The notes under the pieces are model-generated. The model was given only the letters and a program-made list of their open reading frames with translations. It searched no databases and was not told the DNA's origin. Positions 1 to 5,393 of a stretch of 27,830 nt of DNA are shown piece after piece. Made by a program: the position numbers and the translations under genes. Source of the stretch: a virus (lineage: Duplodnaviria; Caudoviricetes); IMG/VR virus record IMGVR_UViG_3300039191_000291, positions 1 to 27,830 of that record; one strand, 5' to 3'. Each line of letters starts with the position of its first letter. The first letter of the stretch is position 1.

Positions 1-130
1 CCGAACACGCCTCGGAGGAACTGGCGGGCCAAGCCCTTGGCGAGATCAGCGAGGGCCGCGCGCATGGCACACACCGCCTGTGAGACGTGTCAGGCCGCCC
101 CCGGTGTGCGTTGACACCTGTTCTTTCAGA

Positions 131-180
131 AGGCCGGAAGAGACCGGCAGAGGCCGGATGAAGGCGGATGAGGCCGCAAA
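131..180. repeat. Five degenerate 10-bp tandem repeats near the putative left end
   Basis: aggccggaag / agaccggcag / aggccggatg / aaggcggatg / aggccgcaaa. Confidence 0.6.
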
Positions 181-391
181 AACAGAGGTTTACGAGGGGT
201 GCGGCGGGAGCGGACCGAGGTCGCGTGAAATTGCAGAGATACGCGAAAATCGGCCTGTGCGGCGGGTGTGGTGAGCTTCCGGTGGCGTCACGGGCCTCGT
301 GCGGAGCGATCCGGCTAAGTGCCGTTTAACGCGGCATAAATCGCGCTCAAAAAGGCGTTGAAGTGGGTGTTTTGCGCGCGACCCCGGAGTT

Positions 392-510
392 TGGAACATG
401 GAACCGGGGTTCCAGCTTAGGGGTGGAGTTCCACCTTAGGCATTTTATTAAACAAGACAAGGCGTTAGAGGGGTTTAGCCTTGGGGGCGGGGCGCGCGCA
501 AGATGGAACC
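392..510. repeat. Cluster of TGGAAC/GTTCCA motifs and palindromes (candidate end-region protein-binding sites)
   Basis: TGGAAC at 392, 399, 504 and GTTCCA at 409, 428. Palindromes tggaacc-gg-ggttcca (399-414) and ggtgga-gt-tccacc (422-435). Direct repeat gttcca(g/c)cttagg at 409 and 428. Confidence 0.6.
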
Positions 511-514
511 GATT

Positions 515-1003
515 TCAAGGGCAGATCGATCGAAGAGGAAGCTCATCGTCAGGCCATGAAGCCATCTTGGGTTGGCCTGCGATGTTGGCACCGCCCGCGT
601 CAGCAACGTTCTGGACCGTCACTGAGAACGTGATCTGATCCTCATCCTCAACAATGCCTCGGATGCGAGGGTCGATATGCATCGCGACGCGCCCGGTGGC
701 ATCCTCCCCCGGCAGTAGTGCGCCTCCAAGGGTAATAAAGTCGGTCACCGCCCTGCTCGCCAGCGGCGTGGGGCGGCCTGGGTAGTGCGCTGCTACCTCG
801 ACATGCAACCCGGAGAACGCAATCCCTGACCGGTTGGTAGCGGTGACGTCCGCTCGTATCAGGCGCTCATCAATCGAGTAGAGCGAACCCTCAGAAACCT
901 CAACGGCTTGGCTCAAGCAGTCAAGGATGGGATCAGCTTGGGCCGCTGACGACAAGCTGAGCGCCAGGGTGGCAGTCAAAGAGGTGAGGGTGTTGCGGGT
1001 CAT
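515..1003 (-). CDS. Exported/periplasmic hypothetical protein downstream of the repressor
   Basis: GGAGG RBS before ATG 1003. Sec-type signal peptide MTRNTLTSLTATLALSLSSAAQA. One Cys near each end of the mature chain. Confidence 0.75.
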   Translation of the reverse strand: MTRNTLTSLTATLALSLSSAAQADPILDCLSQAVEVSEGSLYSIDERLIRADVTATNRSGIAFSGLHVEVAAHYPGRPTPLASRAVTDFITLGGALLPGEDATGRVAMHIDPRIRGIVEDEDQITFSVTVQNVADAGGANIAGQPKMASWPDDELPLRSICP

Positions 1004-1030
1004 GATGCCTCCATTTTCGCCTAGGTACAT

Positions 1031-1705
1031 CTAATCCAACCAAGTGTGAGCGGACCACACAACCTCCCCAAGAAGCTGCAGGCTATCCATGTCGGGGCCT
1101 TCGCGCAACTCGGTCTCGTGATCAGGGTTATCGGAAAGCAGAAGGATCATGCGCCCCGGTATCGCCTCGAGGCGTTTGACACGAGCCTCGCCATCCCGGT
1201 CGACGAAGGCGTAGATGCGCCGGTTTCTAACCTGCTTTCGACGCACGTCGATCATCACGAGATCGGTGTCGTATAGAGTTGGCCGCATGCTGTCCCCGCG
1301 AACGGATAGGATGTAGGCGGAGGTAGGAGATATGCCGCTGCGCGCCAACCAGTCACGCCGGAAGGCGAGGGTCGATGTTGGTTCACCCTCGTCGTTAAAC
1401 GCCCCGCCGCCGGCGGCGAGTTGCGCATCGTATCGCGGGATCGAGGCGAACTCCTCACCATCTATCTCGGTCGTGTAGATGCGACCATCTTCGCGCGGCG
1501 GGCCGATATAGAAGTCCAGGCCCAACGCATCGCAAATCTGCCTGGCACGGTTCAGAGGGGTCCCAGCCTTCTTTGCGCCCCTCAGGACATTCCGGATAGC
1601 GTCCGGCGGCAAATTATATTCCTTTTCAACGGCATACGCCCGCTTGCCGAGCTGCTGTAAGCGCTCGGAGACGATATCCGCAAAGGCTTTTTCGGCGCGC
1701 TCCAT
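1031..1705 (-). CDS. CI-like phage repressor (HTH + S24 peptidase domain)
   Basis: N-terminal HTH-like region, LAAGGG cleavage-type motif, VRGDSMRP (catalytic Ser), RVKRL (catalytic Lys), C-terminal LLGEVVW. Divergent from the early operon. Confidence 0.92.
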   Translation of the reverse strand: MERAEKAFADIVSERLQQLGKRAYAVEKEYNLPPDAIRNVLRGAKKAGTPLNRARQICDALGLDFYIGPPREDGRIYTTEIDGEEFASIPRYDAQLAAGGGAFNDEGEPTSTLAFRRDWLARSGISPTSAYILSVRGDSMRPTLYDTDLVMIDVRRKQVRNRRIYAFVDRDGEARVKRLEAIPGRMILLLSDNPDHETELREGPDMDSLQLLGEVVWSAHTWLD

Positions 1706-1708
1706 GAT

Positions 1709-1783
1709 TCGGGGAATTTACCGAACTTAGCTCGTCTTGACTATCGGTAAATCTACCGGCATAAATATCGGTAAGGTTACGGA
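1709..1783. promoter_or_regulatory. Lysis/lysogeny switch: three 16-bp operators plus early promoter
   Basis: tcggggaatttaccga (1709-1724), tcggtaaatctaccgg (1744-1759), tcggtaaggttacgga (1768-1783); consensus TCGGTAA-nn-TTACCGA. TTGACT -35 at 1737-1742 with cataaat 17 nt downstream. Confidence 0.8.
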
Positions 1784-1795
1784 TTGAGGCGAGCC

Positions 1796-2041
1796 ATGAA
1801 CAAAACAATGCTGATCAGGCTTGGCGAGGCATATGGGCAGCACTGCGGACTGAAGCTATCCACCGTCTCGACCTACGCGGCCGGCGACGGGAAGTTTTTA
1901 GGCAGCCTGAAGGGCGCTGCTGGATGCACGATCCGTCGCGCAGATCGCGTCCTGAACTGGTTCGACGATCACTGGCCCTGCGATCTCGAATGGCCCGCCG
2001 ACATTCCGCGCCCCTCCGGCAAGTCGGAGGACGCCGCATGA
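1796..2041 (+). CDS. Cro/Ner-like small DNA-binding protein
   Basis: First early gene, divergent from the repressor, 81 aa. LSTVSTYAAGDGKF...TIRRADRVLNWF..WP..LEWPADIPRP resembles alphaproteobacterial phage Cro-like proteins. Confidence 0.8.
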   Translation: MNKTMLIRLGEAYGQHCGLKLSTVSTYAAGDGKFLGSLKGAAGCTIRRADRVLNWFDDHWPCDLEWPADIPRPSGKSEDAA

Positions 2042-2073
2042 TCCACCCCACCCCAACCCGCAAGGAGACCTTC

Positions 2074-3231
2074 ATGCAGATGAATGACGCAATGGAGACC
2101 CGGTTATACCTGGTCAATCGCGCCCTCGACGCCGGGCTGCAGCCAGCCGAGGCGCTGGGGCAGGCCCGCGCGCTGTGGGATTTCGTGCAGGGGCCATATG
2201 GCGCCGATGGCGCGATCGAGGCGGTGGATTACCGCGGCGCCATCGGCGCGGACGGCGGTGTCGTCGGCATTGCCCTGCACGAGAATGGCGCCTGGCGGCG
2301 CGTGGATGCGGCGGGTCGCACGCTTCATCATGAGCGGACGTATTTCGACACGCATCCGGTCTGGGCGGGCATCCGCGACGTGCCGACACATGTGGATGTG
2401 GCCACCGTGGAAATCCCGTGCTTCTGGGTGCGCAGCGAGCGGCGCGGCGACGAGCGGCTCTGGCTGGTCTCGCCCTGCGCGCGCCCCGGCTACCGCCTGC
2501 ACCCGGCCTTCCTGCGCCCCGACGGCACCGCCTGTTCGGTGCTGCGCGTCGGCAAGTATCCGGCTTCGGAGCGCGAGGGTCGCATCGCCGGAGAGGCGGG
2601 CAACAAGCCCTGGACCGGAGTGACCATCGATGACGCGCGCGAGCGCTGCGCGGCGCTGGGTCAGGGCTGGCGGCTCTATTCGATCTACGACCTGGCGGCG
2701 ATCCAGCTCTTGATGCTGATCGAGACCGGCGATCCGGATATGCAGGGCGCGCTGGGGCGCGGCAATGCCGACGGCGGAGGGGTCAAGCCCACCGGCGAGA
2801 CATCGGCCGTCTGGCGCGGCATCCATGATCTGTGGGGCAATGTCTGGCAGTTCATCGACGGGCTGCAGCTGGCCGAGGATGGCGAGATCGTGCTTTGGAG
2901 CGCCGACATGCCGGGTGGTGACGACTGGGTCGCGACCGGCGCGCGCTACGGCCCCGGCGAGAAGGATGGCTACCCGGTCGACTTCCACGACGAGCGCGGC
3001 TCCGGCTTCGACCTGTCGCCGCTCTTTCTGCCCTCGGAGGTCGAGACGGACAAGGAGGCCGCGGTCATCCCCGATCGGGTCTGGGGGCACTGGTCGGGGC
3101 GCGCCACCGTCGCCCTGAGTGGGGGCAGCTGGCTCCGCGGCTCGAATGCCGGCGTGTTCGCCCTCGCCCTGCTCTCCCCGCGCTCGGACGCGGGTTCGAG
3201 CATCGGGTTTCGGCCCGCTTTCGCACTCTGA
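2074..3231 (+). CDS. FGE-sulfatase/C-type-lectin-fold (Mtd-like) protein; putative DGR target
   Basis: AAGGAG RBS before ATG 2074 (alternative ATG 2038). Motifs VEIPCFW, HPAF, VGKY, GIHDLWGNVWQFIDG and C-terminal GGSW...AGVF...RS...IGFRPAF. Confidence 0.85.
   Translation: MQMNDAMETRLYLVNRALDAGLQPAEALGQARALWDFVQGPYGADGAIEAVDYRGAIGADGGVVGIALHENGAWRRVDAAGRTLHHERTYFDTHPVWAGIRDVPTHVDVATVEIPCFWVRSERRGDERLWLVSPCARPGYRLHPAFLRPDGTACSVLRVGKYPASEREGRIAGEAGNKPWTGVTIDDARERCAALGQGWRLYSIYDLAAIQLLMLIETGDPDMQGALGRGNADGGGVKPTGETSAVWRGIHDLWGNVWQFIDGLQLAEDGEIVLWSADMPGGDDWVATGARYGPGEKDGYPVDFHDERGSGFDLSPLFLPSEVETDKEAAVIPDRVWGHWSGRATVALSGGSWLRGSNAGVFALALLSPRSDAGSSIGFRPAFAL
3109..3231 (+). other. Putative DGR variable repeat (VR)
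   Basis: Encodes VALSGGSWLRGSNAGVFALALLSPRSDAGSSIGFRPAFAL. Putative variable codons are all NNC/NNT. Only 7 adenines in 3121-3228. The 5' boundary is approximate. Confidence 0.7.
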
Positions 3232-3248
3232 AATCCGCACCCCTGCGC

Positions 3249-3268
3249 CCTGCCGGTCCGCCGGCAGG
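3249..3268. other. GC-rich hairpin/cruciform just downstream of the VR
   Basis: cctgccgg-tccg-ccggcagg: perfect 8-bp stem, 4-nt loop, no U-tract. Confidence 0.7.
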
Positions 3269-3312
3269 CGGGCCGATCACCGCCAACGAAACGCCAACCC
3301 GGAGGAAATCAA

Positions 3313-3534
3313 ATGACCCACCCCAAACGCGGACTGCCCGGGGCGCTGGACGCGCCCGACGTGGCCCAGGACATCGCGCGCATACCGCAGGCCGACCGCG
3401 TCAAGCTGGCGATCCTGCTGGTGCGCGATGTGGAGGACGGGCGCTGCATCGGCCCGCTGAGCCGGCTGGCCGAGGAAGCCACGGCCGCCAGCGGCCGCAT
3501 CCTGCGCCGCCAATTCGAACAGGAGTGCGGATGA
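3313..3534 (+). CDS. Small hypothetical early protein
   Basis: GGAGG RBS, 73 aa, GC-rich codon usage. Confidence 0.75.
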   Translation: MTHPKRGLPGALDAPDVAQDIARIPQADRVKLAILLVRDVEDGRCIGPLSRLAEEATAASGRILRRQFEQECG

Positions 3535-3824
3535 TGGAGAGCGGTTTCTTTGATCTCGAGAGCGCGAAAGCCCACGCGAAAGCCAGGGCACGTTGGGTTG
3601 CTCGGGAGCGAGCGGCCGCGCGGGCCGCTCGCGCTACCCGGCATTCATTCTCTGCCGACAAAATCGACCACGCGGCGCTTGAGGTCAGCTGCCGCGTCGG
3701 CCTGCTCGTCACTAACGGAATTGCCGGCGGTGAGCAGTGCGTCACGGTATCTGTCGAGGCTCGTCAGCATCCGCTCACCCAGCCCATCGAGGTCAGTGTC
3801 GATGTGCAGAATGAGGGTCGCTAG
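3531..3824 (+). CDS. Possible hypothetical protein overlapping an antisense gene
   Basis: ATG overlaps the previous stop (ATGA), but the 3' part is antisense to 3645-3890. Confidence 0.35.
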   Translation: MMESGFFDLESAKAHAKARARWVARERAAARAARATRHSFSADKIDHAALEVSCRVGLLVTNGIAGGEQCVTVSVEARQHPLTQPIEVSVDVQNEGR

Positions 3825-3890
3825 CATGTCTTCGAGGACCTCAACACGCCGCTCCAAAGGTGCGGAGCCCAAGTTCTCCAGTTCGTCCAT
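3645..3890 (-). CDS. Antisense-oriented small acidic helical protein (moron-like)
   Basis: GGAGG RBS before ATG 3890; MDELENLGSAPLERRVEVLEDMLATL..., 81 aa; lower GC; TACCAT -10-like element upstream on the minus strand. Confidence 0.7.
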   Translation of the reverse strand: MDELENLGSAPLERRVEVLEDMLATLILHIDTDLDGLGERMLTSLDRYRDALLTAGNSVSDEQADAAADLKRRVVDFVGRE

Positions 3891-4098
3891 GAGTTTCCTC
3901 CATCTGGTTGTTGGCGCTTCCGATGGTAGGGAACGCCCCGGCCGCACGCCACCACTCACGGAGCCCCGCGGCCGGGGCGGCTTTATCCGGCGCCTGATCC
4001 GGTATCTCGACAACAGCCTGCTGGGCGATGCGCTCGGCGCGGTGGCGCTGTTCGCCCTGCTTTTCGCGGCGCTCTGGTTGCCGGAGGTGCTGCGATGA
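3889..4098 (+). CDS. Small membrane protein (start uncertain)
   Basis: C-terminal hydrophobic helix LLGDALGAVALFALLFAALWLP; stop overlaps the next ATG (ATGA). Confidence 0.5.
   Translation: MSFLHLVVGASDGRERPGRTPPLTEPRGRGGFIRRLIRYLDNSLLGDALGAVALFALLFAALWLPEVLR
3934..3979. other. 12-bp perfect inverted repeat (stem-loop)
   Basis: cgccccggccgc (3934-3945) / gcggccggggcg (3968-3979), 22-nt loop, followed by gcttt. Confidence 0.6.
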
Positions 4099-4343
4099 TC
4101 TTCGAGATACGCAAGCACGGCTTCGGCTGGGCTGTCTTCGAGGGCGGCAAGCCCGTGACGCCGGAGGTGTCGACCCGGCACCTGGCGGAGACCAAGCGCG
4201 ACCGGCTGGTGGCCGAGCGCCAGCGCCGCCCGCGCGACTGCCTGCGCTGCGGCGCGGAGTTCCTGTCGACCGGGCCGGGCCACCGCATGTGCAACCACTG
4301 CCGCCAGGTCGCGGGCGGGGTCGACCCGCAGATGGTGCCGTGA
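4095..4343 (+). CDS. Small zinc-ribbon protein
   Basis: CLRC...MCNHC (two CxxC motifs); coupled start/stop overlaps. Confidence 0.8.
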   Translation: MIFEIRKHGFGWAVFEGGKPVTPEVSTRHLAETKRDRLVAERQRRPRDCLRCGAEFLSTGPGHRMCNHCRQVAGGVDPQMVP

Positions 4344-4573
4344 TGCACGCCGCGCCGCTCACCTCCCCGCGCCTGCAGCGCGTGCTGGCCGTCCTGAAGG
4401 ACGGGCGCCCGCACACGACGCGCCAGATCGTGCGGTCGGCCGGGGTGTGCGCGGTGAACAGCTGCATCGCCGAGCTGCGCCAGCACGGCGCGGAGATCAC
4501 CTGCACGCGCGAGCGGCGCAAGGACCGGCTGATCTGCCGATACACGATGACGAAAGGACCGAGGGATGCGTGA
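4343..4573 (+). CDS. Small winged-helix DNA-binding protein
   Basis: TGATG coupling; RLQRVLAVLKDGRPHTTRQI...VNSCIAELRQHGAEI. Confidence 0.75.
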   Translation: MHAAPLTSPRLQRVLAVLKDGRPHTTRQIVRSAGVCAVNSCIAELRQHGAEITCTRERRKDRLICRYTMTKGPRDA

Positions 4574-5393
4574 CGCCAAACTGATCGACCTGCCTGTAGA
4601 TGAGATCGACACGAGCCGCGTGCGCGTGACGCCTCTGCATGAAAAGGCGGTGGAGATCATCAAGGCGTCGGTTGAAGAGGTCGGCGCGATCCGGGACCCG
4701 ATCCACGTCAGGAAGGCCAGGGATGGGTACCAGCTGATCGACGGCCGGCACCGCCTGGAAGTCGCGCGCCAGCTCGGACACGAGACGATCTCGGCCAAGG
4801 TTTGGGAATGCACCCTCGATCAGGCGCGGCTGATGGAGGCCGACGCGAACGTGTCCTTTACGCACATGCAGCCGCTCGATCTGGCGGTGAGCCTGGCGGC
4901 GCGCAAGGACATATACGAGACCTTGCACCCGGAGACTGCACGCGGCACGGCGGGCGCGCTCGCCAAGCACGGCATGCAACGGACAAATTTGTCCTTTGCA
5001 GAATTCGTGGGCGATCTGGTCGGCCTTTCGCCACGTCAAGTCCGGAGAATTGTGTCGGCGGGGGCGGCTCTGACTTCCGATCAGGTGCGGTGGCTTCGCG
5101 CGGCACCCAAGTCGCCAACCATGTCCGACCTTCAGGCTATCTCGAAAATCACGGACGACGCCGAGCGCGCAAAGGTCTGCATCGCGCTCTCGAACGGTGA
5201 GGCCGGGACCGTCAACGCCGCCCGCAAGGCGTATCGCCAGGGCGATGTCGAGCCCGCGCCCAAGGACCCCGTTGAAGAGGGGTTTCAAGGACTGATGAAG
5301 GCATGGACGCGCGCGCCGATGGCGGCGCGGCGCCGGTTTCTCGACCACATGTCCGAGGACATCGAGCAGATGGGGTGGGATCGCGATGAGTGA
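4566..5393 (+). CDS. ParB/Sulfiredoxin-domain protein with HTH
   Basis: PIHVR...YQLIDGRHRLEV ParB box; HTH-like FVGDLVGLSPRQVRRIV. Confidence 0.88.
   Translation: MRDAKLIDLPVDEIDTSRVRVTPLHEKAVEIIKASVEEVGAIRDPIHVRKARDGYQLIDGRHRLEVARQLGHETISAKVWECTLDQARLMEADANVSFTHMQPLDLAVSLAARKDIYETLHPETARGTAGALAKHGMQRTNLSFAEFVGDLVGLSPRQVRRIVSAGAALTSDQVRWLRAAPKSPTMSDLQAISKITDDAERAKVCIALSNGEAGTVNAARKAYRQGDVEPAPKDPVEEGFQGLMKAWTRAPMAARRRFLDHMSEDIEQMGWDRDE

Noticed and set aside
1-65. Possible start of a minus-strand flanking host gene (MRAALADLAKGLARQFLRGVF…)
   Set aside because: Only 21 codons are visible, too few to support a call.
131-180. Repeats as a CRISPR array
   Set aside because: Units are 10 bp, contiguous and have no spacers; no cas genes.
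80-638. ORFs 80-274, 190-399 and 363-638
   Set aside because: No convincing RBS or protein-like composition; they overlie the repeat-rich end region.
1924-2073. Long N-terminal extension of the lectin-like ORF from 1924
   Set aside because: It overlaps the cro-like gene; the good RBS is at ATG 2074.
5349-5362. Palindrome atgtcc-ga-ggacat near the end of the ParB-like gene
   Set aside because: Short, with half-sites in the opposite arrangement to the 4981-4994 core; probably chance.
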